From Macrostomum lignano (taxonomy: Eukaryota), in assembly GCA_002269645.1 (NCBI GenBank), contig NIVC01001864.1, positions 47,953 through 111,952 of the forward strand: a stretch of 64,000 bases of DNA, in the 5' to 3' direction. Position numbers and translations under genes: made by a program. Position 1 is the stretch's first letter. Each line of letters opens with the position of its first letter. Shown here in pieces: positions 51,330 to 64,000 of the stretch. Under the pieces are notes generated by a model. It saw only the letters and a list, made by a program, of their open reading frames with translations, had not been told where the DNA came from and did no database searches.

Positions 51330-54300
51330 ATGAAAGGCAGATACCCATCTCAGCAGTCATTGTTAAGCAGTGCTTCAACATTGCAACATAGCCAGCAACA
51401 GCAGCAGCAGTCTGTTGATCCATTTCGTCGTCATTTGCGCGGCCGCCTGAAGCCAGCAATCTGTCGGTTATTTAAACGAGTTCACGAGCAATCCAGATTA
51501 AGTTACACAATAGCCGATGATGCTCAAGAGTACCTGGAGAACTATGCAATTGAAAAACTGGCCACTCTGTTTGAGCCCCAGGCTCCCAGCGACATCTATG
51601 AGGCCGAGGAGAAACTCGGCCAAGTCTACGCCTCTTGCAGCCTTGACCAGGAGCAAATCAACGAACTGCGCGATCAGGCAATGCGAAAGAAAAAGAAAAA
51701 TTCGACACTTTACGATTCGGTTCACAAGTCTGTACGATGCGACGAGATTGTCTGTCTGTTTATTGTTCTAGTCACCGAGTTCGTGCTGTGCGAAATCCTG
51801 CGCGTGTCCCTCACCTACATGATCAAGATTAAGGTTAACGACATTAAGAAAGTCGACATTAGGGTAAGTCTCCTGGCTATCCCTGACCTCAGATCCTTCT
51901 CAATGAGCTGCTACCCCTGACCTCAGATCCTTCTCAATGAGCTGCTACCCCTGACCTCAGATCCTTCTCAATGAGCTGCTACCCTGACCTCAGATCCTTC
52001 TCAATGAGCTGCTACCCCTGACCTCAGGTCCTTCTCAATGAGCTGCTACCCCTGACCTCAGGTCCTTCTCAATGAGCTACTAGCTACCCCTGACCTCAGG
52101 TCCTTCTCAATGAGCTGCTACCCCTGACCTCAGATCCTTCTCAATGAGCTGCTACCCCTGACCTCAGGTCCTTCTCAATGAGCTGCTACCCTGACCTCAG
52201 ATCCTTCTCAATGAGCTGCTACCCCTGACCTCAGGTCCTTCTCAATGAGCTGCTACCCCTGACCTCAGGTCCTTCTCAATGAGCTACTAGCTACCCCTGA
52301 CCTCAGGTCCTTCTCAATGAGCTGCTACCCCTGACCTCAGGTCCTTCTCAATGAGCTACTAGCTACCCCTGACCTCAGGTCCTTCTCAATGAGCCTCCAC
52401 CCCTGACCTCAGATCCTTACTACTTGTCCTAAGCAAGTATTTTAGACAATAGACAGACGTTCGTTAGCAAAAGAGGCCAATTTCTGCAGCCAAACATGCC
52501 TCATCCCCGATTCCCCAACACCTGCAGATCGTAGTGGACACATTCTTCTCCAATCAGGCATCCGCACCGGCCGAGTCTACATGGCCACAAGACTACATGG
52601 CCACTTTCCCTACTGAATATCGCCGAGCAATTAACGAGTTAATCTACTTTGAGGAAACATTTGCCCAGCAACTGCAGATTATTGGCCAGCTGTTTAAACA
52701 ACCTCTAGTGGACCTGTGCCCCAGCTCGCCCGATGTTGACACCATATTTAGCGCATTATCAGCCATCACCGAGTGTACAAACTTTCTCTACGTTGCTCTT
52801 GACGATAGTCGCAATATTACTGAGCACCCGCCAATCGGGCACTGCTTCTACGAGCTGTCCGAAGAGGGCCACTTTGACAGCTACGCCAAGTACGCCCAGG
52901 ACGTATTGTCCGTCAAATGCCGCGATCGCCTATTCGAATTGTTGGGAAACAGTTTGGTTAAGGAGAAATTCGAAACAGTCGGCCGGGAGATCGAGCTGCA
53001 GGCGGCCGGGCACCTCAGCTATTATTCCCTTCTGTCTTCCTGCCCTGCCCCCGTGCCTCCGCCTGCGGCAGGGGCAGCTTCCAAGAAGAACTCCGACGCA
53101 GATGGATCTTCGGCTCAGAATCATCTCAATTTTTATTCACATCATCATCATCATCAGGTGTCGGATTCTGTATCAGCTGCCTCCTCGACGGCTACTCTGA
53201 CTTCCCTGTCAACTGCAACTACATGCGCTTCGAGTTCAGCCTCGCCAGCCGGCTTGGAGCAGGGCGAAGAGCTCCGGGCCGTGATGCTGCTGGCCTGCCG
53301 GTATCTGCTGCCGAAACTGCTGCTAGTGCCAGTTTATCACTTCTTGTACTACGACAGGATATTGGAGAGATTTGAACAGTTGCAAGAGAAGAATATGTGG
53401 CATTGTAGAAACGGCTCGTCCACTGCTAGGTCTGCTTCTTCTGGTGGAGCGGAATTAGAGTCTGCCGACGATGCAGATGCGGCTAGCCAGCAGCAGCCAT
53501 CCTTGTGCGGCAGTCCAGTCACCAGCGGGTATAATGCCGATAGGCGTCGATCCTCATCGTCCCTACCTGTTGAGGTGTGCAGCGACGATCGGGACACTAT
53601 AGTGCAGACCAGATCCATCCTAGTGTCCACTAGTCATCGGGTTAAACGGACACTTGACGAGTTTGAGCGTCGGCCGGTGCCAGCAGCGACCGTCTCGCCT
53701 GCTTCCCTTCCTGGCGTCGGTAGCAACGGCGACGACTCCGTGTCGCTAAGCGTCAGTCCGACTGGCGGCTCCGACATTGAAGAATCGGCGTCTGTTGTTG
53801 CAGCAGCGGCGGCTTCAGGTGCGGCCAGTCGGATGTCTAACCAGCAGCAGCGCTCTGTGCTGTTGAATCCGCTGGCCTCCAGGCTGTTCTTTCACGCATC
53901 GATGAGCGCGCCAGACTCCATGCACACGGACCGGGCCTGCAGTAAGAAACTCGCCCAGCTGCGCTCAATGACCCGGTCGGCGCCGGAGCTCGATCTGGCC
54001 AAGCCGCGCTGTACAATCTTCTACAAGGAGGGCACCCTGTACCAGATGGAACGGGCCGGCCGGTTTCAAGAGCGCCGAGTCTATCTGTTTAATAATCGAT
54101 TGTTTGTGATGAAGGCTAGCAAAACACTGCCGCTGCGCAGTATTAATGAAGAATATCGATTGAAGCGGGTTGTGTTCCTTCTGCAGCATCGCTTCGTGCT
54201 GGTTGACCATCCGAAGCCTGTGACCAAGCCTGCCGCGGCTGGAGGCACAGAAGAGGGTTCGTGTTCTTGTCCTTTATTATTGCGTCACTGTCCGTCTGGT

Positions 54301-57300
54301 GATCTGGTCCCTGTCACTTAACTGTCCGTCTGGTGATCTGGTCCCTGTCACTTAACTGTCTGTCTGGTGATCTGGTCCCTGTCACTGAACTGTGTCTGGT
54401 GATCTGGTCCCTGTCACTGAACTGTCTGTCTGGTGATCTGTTCCCTGTCACTGAACTGTCTGTCTGGTGATCTGGTCCCTGTCACTTAACTGTCTGTCTG
54501 GTGATCTGGTCCCTGTCACTGAACTGTCCGTCTGGTGATCTGGTCCCTGTCACTGAACTGTCTGTCTGGTGATCTGGTCCCTGTCACTGAACTGTCTGTC
54601 TGGTGATCTGTTCCCTGTCACTGAACTGTCTGTCTGGTGATCTGGTCCCTGTCACTTAACTGTCTGTCTGGTGATCTGGTCCCTGTCACTTAACTGTCTG
54701 TCTGGTGATCTGGTCCCTGTCACTGAACTGTCCGTCTGGTGATCTGGTCCCTGTCACTTAACTGTCCGTCTGGTGATCTGGTCCCTGTCACTTAACTGTC
54801 TGTCTGGTGATCTGGTCCCTGTCACTGAACTGTGTCTGGTGATCTGGTCCCTGTCACTGAACTGTCTGTCTGGTGATCTGTTCCCTGTCACTGAACTGTC
54901 TGTCTGGTGATCTGGTCCCTGTCACTTAACTGTCTGTCTGGTGATCTGGTCCCTGTCACTTAACTGTCTGTCTGGTGATCTGGTCCCTGTCACTGAACTG
55001 TGTCTGGTGATCTGGTCCCTGTCACTGAACTGTCTGTCTGGTGATCTGTTCCCTGTCACTGAACTGTCTGTCTGGTGATCTGGTCCCTGTCACTTAACTG
55101 TCTGTCTGGTGATCTGGTCCCTGTCACTGAACTGTCCGTCTGGTGATCTGGTCCCTGTCACTGAACTGTCTGTCTGGTGATCTGGTCCCTGTCACTGAAC
55201 TGTCTGTCTGGTGATCTGGTCCCTGTCACTTAACTGTCTGTCTGGTGATCTGGTCCCTGTCACTTAACTGTCTGTCTGGTGATCTGGTCCCTGTCACTTA
55301 ACTGTCTGTCTGGTGATCTGGTCCCTGTCACTGAACTGTCCGTCTGGTGATCTGGTCCCTGTCACTGAACTGTCTGTCTGGTGATCTGGTCCCTGTCACT
55401 GAACTGTCTGTCTGGTGATCTGGTCCCTGTCACTTAACTGTCTGTCTGGTGATCTGGTCCCTGTCACTGAACTGTCTGTCTGGTGATCTGGTCCCTGTCA
55501 CTTAACTGTCTGTCTGGTGATCTGGTCCCTGTCACTGAACTGTCTGTCTGGTGATCTGGTCCCTGTCACTGAACTGTGTCTGGTGATCTGGTCCCTGTCA
55601 CTTAACTGTCTGTCTGATGATCTGGTCCCTGTCACTTAACTGTCTGTCTGGTGATCTGGTCCCTGTCACTGAACTGTGTCTGGTGATCTGGTCCCTGTCA
55701 CTGAACTGTCTGTCTGGTGATCTGTTCCCTGTCACTGAACTGTCTGTCTGGTGATCTGGTCCCTGTCACTTAACTGTCTGTCTGGTGATCTGGTCCCTGT
55801 CACTGAACTGTCCGTCTGGTGATCTGGTCCCTGTCACTGAACTGTCTGTCTGGTGATCTGGTCCCTGTCACTGAACTGTCTGTCTGGTGATCTGGTCCCT
55901 GTCACTTAACTGTCTGTCTGGTGATCTGGTCCCTGTCACTGAACTGTCTGTCTGGTAATCTGATCCCTGTCACTGAACTGTCTGTCTGGTGATCTGGTCC
56001 CTGTCACTGAACTGTCTGTCTGGTGTTCTGGTCCCTGTCACTTAACTTTTATGCATACAACAAATAGACTTATTTTTCTATTGCTACAATACATTGCCTT
56101 TTAAATAATCCAGGTGTTAAGACTATAAACTTTTTCTAACTGGCCAGGCCCTCGCTTAGCTTGTACTGACTCGATTCTGTACCCGCACAGGCCTGTGCGT
56201 GCGTGTCTTGTCACTGTGTGACCGGAGCTGACGCGTAAAAATGCGTATTTTCTGCGTCAGTCCGTTAGCTTGTCGCTTGTCTGCGCGCGTGCATGCGTTT
56301 GATACGGAGAAATTGTTGGCAATCTTTGCATACCAATCTCTATCCACCTCTCCTTGTGCCTTTGGAACTTTGGAACTTTGCCACTGAGTTTGTTAGCAGT
56401 TTATTTATTACTAGCAAACCCGCCGCGAATTCATATTGACGCTGGGGTTGCTAAAAATGTAAGCTTACTCAGGTTTAATCTTGCTGAAAAATATGTGATT
56501 CATTGGTTATTCATTATTGTTGCTAAAAATGTTTCCTACTTGGAGTGTTGGCTAATTGCCAGCTGGAAGCTTGCGTATTAGGTTTCATACTAGAAGTTTG
56601 TCTCAGTCTATTAGGTTTTGTGTTAGAAGTGCGTCTTAGTCTATTAGGTTTTGTGTTAGAAGTGCGTCTTAGTCTATTAGGTTGGATATTAGAAGTGCGT
56701 CTTAGCCTATTAGGTTGGATATTAGAAGTGCGTCTTAGCCTATTAGGTTGGATATTAGAAGTGCGTCTTAGCCTATTAGGTTGGATATTAGAAGTGCGTC
56801 TTAGCCTATTAGGTTGGATATTAGAAGTGCGTCTTAGCCTATTAGGTTGGATATTAGAAGTGCGTCTTAGCCTATTAGGTTGGATATTAAAAGTGCGTCT
56901 TAGTCTATTAGGTTGGATATAAGAAGTTTGTCTTAGCCTATTAGGTTGGATATAAGAAGTTTGTCTTAGCTTATTAGGTTGAATATAAGAAGTTTGTCTT
57001 AGCTTATTAGGTGGGTATTAGAAGTTTGTCTTGGTCTATTAGGTTTCGTATTGGAAGTTTGCCGTAGTCTATTAGGTGGGGTATTAGAAGTGTGTTCTAG
57101 TTTAGTACGAGCGTAGGTTGGGTATTAGAAGTTTTTCTTAGTCTATTAGGTTAGATATAGAAGTTTGTCTTAGTCTGTTAGGTTTTTCATTAGAAGTTTG
57201 TCCTACTCGTAGTCTATTACTTTGGGTATTAGACGTGCGTCTTTGTCTATTAGGTTAGTAATTTTAAAAGCCATATGTTGGCCACTCGTAGAGTTGGTAC

Positions 57301-58858
57301 CCAGCTGGAATCCTGTTTCTTGTCAGTGTGCGCCCGGCTAGCAGCAGTCATACATTATTAAGTGTTACTAAGAAATCCGACCTCATTTGTGGAGACCGCT
57401 CATTGCTTTTCTTGTCTGCTACTAGCCTTCCCCCCCCCTCCTTGCGTCTGTTCGCCGCTCTGACGAATTGTTGACGTCAATGCTGGCGCATGTAAACAAT
57501 TTGATACTATTGATAATAACAAATGCTATTGTTTATTGTTATTATTATCATTTTTCTGTCCCTGGGGTCAGCAAAACTTTTTACCTCAAGGGCCAAATAA
57601 AGAAAATACCTCATGGTTGCTGGCCAGGTGACGAGGGAATAGCGAGGAGAGAGAAAAGGAGAGATGTGAGATGTAATGAGAGAAAAGAGAAGAAAGGAGA
57701 GGAGAGAGAAGAGGAAAGAGATGTGAGATGTAATGAGAGAAAAGAGAAGAAAGGAGAGGAGAGAGAAGAGGAAAGAGATGTGAGATGTAATGTGAGAAAA
57801 GAGAAGAAAGGAGAGGAGAGAGAAGAGGAAAGATATGTGAGATGTAATGTGAGAAAAGAGAAGAAAGGAGAGGAGAGAGAAGAGGAAAGAGATGTGAGAT
57901 GTAATGTGAGAAAAGAGAAGAAAGGAGAGGAGAGAGAAGAGGAAAGAGATGTGAGATGTAATGTGAGAAAAGAGAAGAAAGGAGAGGAGAGAGAAGAGGA
58001 AAGAGGAGATGTGAGATGAGCTGAGAGAGAAGAGAGCAAACAGAAGGAGAGAGAAGAAGAAAGAAGAGATGTGAGATGAGATGAGAGAGGAGATCAAAGA
58101 GAAGACAGAAGAGGAAAGAGGAGATGTGAGATGAGATGAGAAAGAAGATATAAGAGAGAAGAGGAAAGAGATGTGAGAGAAGAGATCAAAGAGAGGAGAG
58201 GAGAGGGAAAAGGATATGAGAGAGAGAAGAGAGGAGAGGAGAGTGAAAAGGGGAAGAGGAGACGTGAGATAAAATGAGAGAGAAGAGATCAATGACCATT
58301 GGCCTAGCCGCAACCAGTTTGGTCTGGAGCGCGTTGCAAGTCTTGCACAACTCTGAAGCCGCCATGCATGCGGCTAGGGAGGGGAGGGCTTGAGCCCTGG
58401 ATTGGAGGACGGAGGTGTGTGTACGCTGGGCTTGGGCCTGGATTTCGGCTGGTCCTGCACTTTAATTATAAACCAACTTTGTGCGTACTTCGTCTCCCCG
58501 TTCCTCCTGGTGTGTTCCGTCCGTCCGTCTGCCTAGACTTTATTTTAATACGGCTAAGTTTGTGTGTTTACATAGCGCAAACTTGTGTATATAACTAATT
58601 CTATTGTGGCTGAAAATAATAGATTAACTATGGTGTAATAATCTGATTTCTAAACAAGTGACGCTGGGATGAATGCAAGTCTATTGTGGGGGCAACTTCC
58701 TGCATCCAAGGCTTTATTTTCAGACCTAGCCTTCTCTTTACCTAATGTTAATAATGAATTGTGCATTATTAATTTATTATACAATTCCAGGCTGAATTAG
58801 GCTATTAAGCTCCTTTGGGAAATAAGTTGAGTAAAATTGAGGCGCCTAGGAGAAACAG

Positions 58859-58934
<76 letters not shown>

Positions 58935-59005
58935 GTCAGACAGACAGACAGTCAAACAAACAGACAGACAGACAGACAGACACTAAGACAGACAGACAGA
59001 CACTA

Positions 59006-59038
<33 letters not shown>

Positions 59039-62000
59039 CAGTCAGACAGACAGACAGACACCAAGACAGACAGACAGACAGAAACACTAAGACAGACACT
59101 AAGACAGACAGACAGACAGACAGAAACACTAAGACAGACAGACACCCGAAAGTTACTAACATTAATCGTAAACATGAATCACACATTTATCAAACATTAT
59201 CGCACATTTGAAGCAAACTCAATAAATTTCTTCAGCACATGAAGAATATGATTATTATTAATGCATCACGCAGTTAAGCCATGCGAATCAGTCGGATAGT
59301 TATAATACAGATATGGAATACAATAATATATGGAAAAAATAAAACACTTCCTTTGACTTGACGCGATTTTAAGCCTCTCTGTCTCTCTCGCTCTCTCCGC
59401 TGCTATTGCGGGGGCGAATCTAGGGTTGGCAACGGGCCCTGGATTTGGGGCCAATCTCTGTCTGTCAGTCTGTCTACTAATATACAGTATCTGCGCCTGA
59501 GTCAGTCAGTCCGTTAACCCCCCCCCCCCAGTTCTGTGACGCGTTACGATTTCTTCTGTAGAGGAGAGAGAGAGAGATCTCTACGCACTCTGTCTCTTCA
59601 CCTCCCCGCCGCTCCCCTCCCCTCTCCAGCCGTCCCAGGTCCGAATTGACGTGGTCAACAGCCAGGGCCTGGATCTATTTATAGGCCTCGCCTTACCTTC
59701 CCAAGCATCCAGTCATGTCTTGGCCGCGCCATCCCTTCTGTTAAGTTCAGGGGTCGGCAAAATCCAGCCCGCGGGCCACATGCATCCGACCTCTGTCCGA
59801 CCCGCTCAAAGTTTGTGTCTCTTCTCAGCTGTCTTCTCTCTAATCTCCTCTCTTTTCTCTCCTATCTCTTATCTCCTTTCTCCTCTCCTCTCCTTTTCTC
59901 CCCACTTATTTAATCCCTCCTCTCATTTCGTCTTCTCTGTTAATTCATATACAAAGATCTTTTTTCACTTGATATAATTAATTCCCCTGCCGCCATTTGG
60001 TCCAAGCTATCCGCTTTCTCTCTCTCTCTCTCTCTCTCGTATTTTACTGTCCTCTCAGATGTGTTGCCAGGCTGTTTGCTAATGAAGCGACTTGTGTTTA
60101 ACTAAAAAATAGATAGTGGAATTATCTGGCCAGATGGCTCCGGAGGGGGGAGGGGGTTGGCATCCAGGCCTCCGCGCTCTGCTGTCCATCCGGGTGAATA
60201 TTTTTGTCTTCTAATGGCTTCTAAAATAGTTAGCTACTAAAAGACTGGAAAATATTTTCTGGCGCTAGCGCCTACTTGTTGCTTCCTTCGGTTGGAATAT
60301 TCAATACTGCGTATGGCATTGTAGAGCTTACTGTATGAGCAAAATCCATTATCCGTATTGAGACCGTCATCAGCTAGATTGGCTCGCCCAATCTGTTGAA
60401 AATCAGCCTTTCCAGTCCGTTGAAATGCCATTCTACTCCGTTAGAAATAGCCTTTTTGTTTGCTGAGAAATCGCCTTTCTAATTCACGAAAAACGACCCT
60501 TTCTAATCCACGAGAAATCGCCTTCTGAATCAGTGAGAAAGACTGCTTATTACCTGAGAAAGTGCCTTCTTTATTCGTGAGAAATCACCCTTCCAATCCG
60601 TGAGAAATCACCCTTCTACTCTGTGAGAAGTCGCCCTTCTAAGTTCTAATCTGTGAGAAATCGCCCTTTCACTCTGTGAGAAGTCGCCCTTCTAATCTGT
60701 GAGAAATCGCCCTTTCACTCTGTGAGAAGTCGCCCTTCTAATCTGTGAGAAATCGCCCTTTCACTCTGTGAGAAGTCGCTCTTCTAATCTGTGACAAGTC
60801 GCCCTTCTAAATTGTGAGAAATCGCCTTTCTTATCGGTGAGAAATCGCCCTTCTCATCTGTGAGAATTCGCATTTAATCTGTGAGAAATCGCCCTTCTGA
60901 TCTGAGAAATCTCTCCCTACCTGTGAGCATAGCCCGCCCTGTCAGAGAACTGCTCTCATGTTAATTCAATAATGCTAATCTTTTAATCACAGCCGTCTGT
61001 TGATCAGCATTTTAAGTAAAACGCATTTCGTTAGAAACAGTTTTGTTCACCTTTATCCTTTCAGAGATGTACACCTTCTCTATCGAGTACCTGCCCTCGC
61101 CGGACACTGTAGAGGGCGGCGCCACTGTTGGCACCGCGCCAATCAAACAGCGAATCACTTTCGCTACTAAAAGTCTGCTGGATAAGGAAGAATGGATGCT
61201 AATTTTAATTTATCTGCAATCTTATCAGTGAGCTCTATTTCTGCTGTTGTGTTTTCTACTGATTTTCCGACAAAAGTCCTATCTTTTTTACTAATAGTAG
61301 TTAAAGTAGCTTCCAAGCGTTGTTATTTTATATTTACAAGCGAAACTATTTCTAATTTTTTGCAGCATGTTTGAAGAGTATCTATCGCTGAAAGGACTCA
61401 CGGATACGGCGGAAGCGATCCACTTTCCCCAGGATCATCGAGGCTACGAGTAAGAGCTGTATTCTATCTTTTTAGTCAGCACCATACACATCCATCGGTT
61501 CTCTGTGCTATAATGGATATTCTCTGGGTTCTTTTAGCGTCTCGAAGATCATGTAGCATCTCTGGGATCATGTAACATCTCTCGGTTCATGTAACATCTC
61601 TGGGCTCATGTAATATCTTCGAGATCATGTAGCATCTCTAGGATCATGTAATATCTCTAGGATCATGTAACATTTCTGGGATCATGTCTCCAAGATCATG
61701 TAAAATCTATAGGTTCGTATAGCATCTCTGGCATCATGTAACATCTCTGGGACATGTCATACTTCTGCATGGTGATTAGATCATCACACCATAGAGAGCA
61801 TATCTCTGACCATGTGACACACAACAGTTCTCTCTAAAATCATTGGTTAGCAAACAAAGGTTCGAGTGCAATTCCCAAACCTCAATCAGGTATTGGCAGC
61901 CCGACTCGGATCAGGTGATCGAACTGGAAGAGAACAGCGAGAGCAGCTCAAGCGAGTCGCACGTGATTCGCCGGGCAACCCTGAACAAGCTGATCGAGCG

Positions 62001-63335
62001 GATGACTCACTACAGCGGCAACATTGACAGCCGGCTGATGAAAGTCTTTCTAATGACTTTCAGATCTTTCTGCACTCCGCTGCACCTGCTAACTAAGCTA
62101 ATTAGTCGCTTTAATTTTCCCGAGTACACCTATGTGGATTTTCAAACTGATGACTCCATGATGTCTGTGGCCCAGGCTCAGCTGAGGAAACGGGAATTCG
62201 AGGTGTGTCTGTTCAATATGCGACAGATATATATTGATTGATTTGTTGGTTAATTAATTAGTTTATTGATTGGTTGGTTGATTGATTGATTGATTGGTTG
62301 ATTGGTTAATTAGTTGATTAATTGACTGATTGATTGATTGATCGATTGGTTGATTGATTGGTTGGTTGGTTGATTGGTTAATTAATTGATTAATTGACTG
62401 ATTGATTGATCGATTGGTTGATTGATTGGTTGGTTGGTTGATTGGTTAATTAATTGATTAATTGACTGATTGATTGATTGGTTGATTGATTGATTGATTG
62501 ATTGGTTGTTTTTTGATTGATCAATTGGTTAATTAATTAGTTTATTGATTGATTGGTTGATTGGTTAGTTGGTTGTTTAGTTGATTGATTAATTCATTGA
62601 TAGATAGATACATAAATAGATCGATGGATTGGTCTTACAAACAATATTCATTCGCAGCACTCATTAAAAGCCACTTACGTTAACTCACGCCACCCCATTT
62701 CGCACTGCCAGGACAAGTACTGCCGCAAGGTTAGGCTACGCGTGCTCAAAGTCATGACCACCTGGATTGAGAACTATTTTCACGATTTCGGCAAATGCCC
62801 AGAATTAGTCAATGGCCTGCGCGACTTTCTCAACGGCCCGTCCGTTGACAAGCTCTACGATATTAAGAAGTTCCAGGTAAGAGGAAAAGACTGCCGATCA
62901 TTTTATAATTGTCCATTTATGAAAAAGTAACACCGGCTCTCATTGAAACAATCACTCAAGGTGCCCAACCTGTTGAAGCAGCTGGACCGCAGGAGCCGAG
63001 GCGAGGGCAGACGCGAGCTGGTCCAGTCCATCGAAGACTATCCAGAGGTGCTTTGGCACACGGCCAGAGACAAGCGCGAATTCAACATTATGACTTTGCA
63101 TCCTCTGGAATTGGCACGGCAAATCACCCTGTACATGTTCTCGTTGTACATGCGTATCGAGCCCTGGGAGCTGGTCACTGGGGACTGGATGAAGACTAAA
63201 GAAAAGCAGCTGAGAGCGCCAAATGTGCACAACTTGATTCGCTACACTAACAGGCTGACTTGGTGGTGCTGCCTCAATGTGCTGAAAACCAATCATCTGG
63301 AGGAGAGGCGCTGCGTGTTGCTGAGGATATACGAG
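51330..63335 (+). CDS. SOS: Son of sevenless Ras GEF, 3'-incomplete; exons 51330-51863, 52528-54256, 61065-61227, 61366-61449, 61890-62202, 62712-62876, 62961-63335
   Basis: Histone-fold N-terminus (RGRLKPAI...DDAQEYLE), DH ([37 protein letters not shown]), PH (ERRVYLFN; [13 protein letters not shown]), REM ([43 protein letters not shown]) and CDC25 start ([14 protein letters not shown]). All junction phases are consistent. Confidence 0.95.
51881..52418. repeat. 34-bp minisatellite CCCTGACCTCAG(A/G)TCCTTCTCAATGAGCTGCTAC
   Basis: About 15 units in SOS intron 1, starting 17 nt after the donor. Confidence 0.93.
54285..56046. repeat. 34-bp minisatellite GTCTGGTGATCTGGTCCCTGTCACTGAACTGTCT
   Basis: About 52 units at the start of SOS intron 2. 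Confidence 0.95.
56570..57260. repeat. 33-bp minisatellite AGAAGTGCGTCTTAGCCTATTAGGTTGGATATT
   Basis: About 20 units, degenerate at both ends, in SOS intron 2. Confidence 0.9.
57562..58340. mobile_element. Degenerate hAT/Charlie-like MITE remnant enclosing a GA-rich array
   Basis: CTGGGGTCAGCAAAACTTTTT..AAGGGCC resembles Charlie-type ends; no TSD found. Confidence 0.35.
57645..58290. repeat. 57-bp GA-rich repeat
   Basis: GAGATGTGAGATGTAATGTGAGAAAAGAGAAGAAAGGAGAGGAGAGAGAAGAGGAAA units in SOS intron 2. Confidence 0.88.
58855..59145. repeat. (GACA)n microsatellite with CACTAA interruptions
   Basis: Same type as in ADIPOR intron 4; SOS intron 2. Confidence 0.9.
59747..59810 (+). mobile_element. 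hAT/Charlie-like MITE end fragment
   Basis: CAGGGGTCGGCAAAATCCAGCCCGCGGGCCAC resembles Charlie MITE termini; partner end not found. Confidence 0.4.
60460..60905. repeat. 23-bp minisatellite CTGTGAGAAATCGCCCTTCTAAT
   Basis: About 18 units with partial dimer alternation, SOS intron 2. Confidence 0.85.
61540..61765. repeat. ~20-bp degenerate repeat GATCATGTAACATCTCTAGG
   Basis: SOS intron 4. Confidence 0.75.
62235..62600. repeat. (GATT/GGTT)n microsatellite
   Basis: SOS intron 5. Confidence 0.88.
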
Positions 63336-63344
63336 GTATTCAAT

Positions 63345-64000
63345 TGTGTCTGTAGGTGTTGCTATGTGTCTGGGTGTTGCTATGTGTCTGGGTGTTGGTA
63401 TGTGTCTGTAGGTGTTGCTATGTGTCTGGGTGTTGGTATGTGTCTGTAGGTGTTGCTATGTGTCTGGGTGTTGCTATGTGTCTGGGTGTTGGTATGTGTC
63501 TGTAGGTGCCTGTAGGTGTTGCTATGTGTCTGTATGTGTTGGTATGTGTCTGTAGGTGTTGCTATGTGTCTGTGGGTGTTGGTATGTGTCTGTAGGTGCC
63601 TGTAGGTGTTGCTATGTGTCTGTAGGTGTTGCTATGTGTCTGTGGGTGTTGGTATGTGTCTGTAGGTGTCTGTAGGTGTTGCTATGTGTCTGTAGGTGTA
63701 GGTATGTGCCTGTAGGTGTTGGTACGTGCCTGTAGGTGTTGGTATGTGTTTGCAGGTGTTGCTATGTGTCTGTAGGTGTTGCTATGTGTCTGGGTGTTGC
63801 TATGTGTCTGTAGGTGTTGCTATGTGTCTGTGGGTGTTGGTATGTGTCTGTAGGTGTCTGTAGGTGTTGCTATGTGTCTGTAGGTGTAGGTATGTGCCTG
63901 TAGGTGTTGGTACGTGCCTGTAGGTGTTGGTATGTGTTTGCAGGTGTTGCTATGTATCTGTATGTGTTGCTATGTGTCTGTAGGTGTTGCTATGTGTCTG
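63345..64000. repeat. 20-bp minisatellite GTGTTGCTATGTGTCTGTAG
   Basis: Starts about 10 nt after the SOS donor at 63336 and runs to the window end. Confidence 0.92.

Overview
Eukaryotic, intron-containing genomic DNA: GC-rich exons with poly-Q/poly-A tracts, separated by AT-rich introns that almost all carry their own tandem repeat. The style suggests a free-living flatworm such as Macrostomum (inference, not verifiable here). I can reconstruct nine protein-coding genes by hand from GT-AG junctions that keep frame. On the + strand: a multi-C2H2 zinc-finger gene (5' end outside the window), COPS6/CSN6, golgin-45/BLZF1, AIMP1, an LRMDA-like LRR gene, a single-exon LRR transmembrane receptor, an adiponectin receptor (PAQR), and Son of sevenless (3' end outside the window). 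On the - strand: an 805-aa EGF/TSP1 type I membrane protein. Mobile DNA with visible TIRs and target-site duplications: a 2,032-bp THAP/P-like element inside a 55-bp minisatellite, a three-level nest in the LRMDA intron that duplicates the splice donor, and two MITE-like elements upstream of Sos. Two tRNA-derived SINE copies sit in a CSN6 intron. About 30 tandem arrays are present. The most notable patterns are one minisatellite per intron, inverted copies of one repeat flanking AIMP1 exon 2, and an LRMDA gene with no convincing genomic start codon whose acceptor is in frame for a spliced-leader AUG. Repeat boundaries are approximate. No prokaryotic features, rRNA, intact tRNA or CRISPR array were found.
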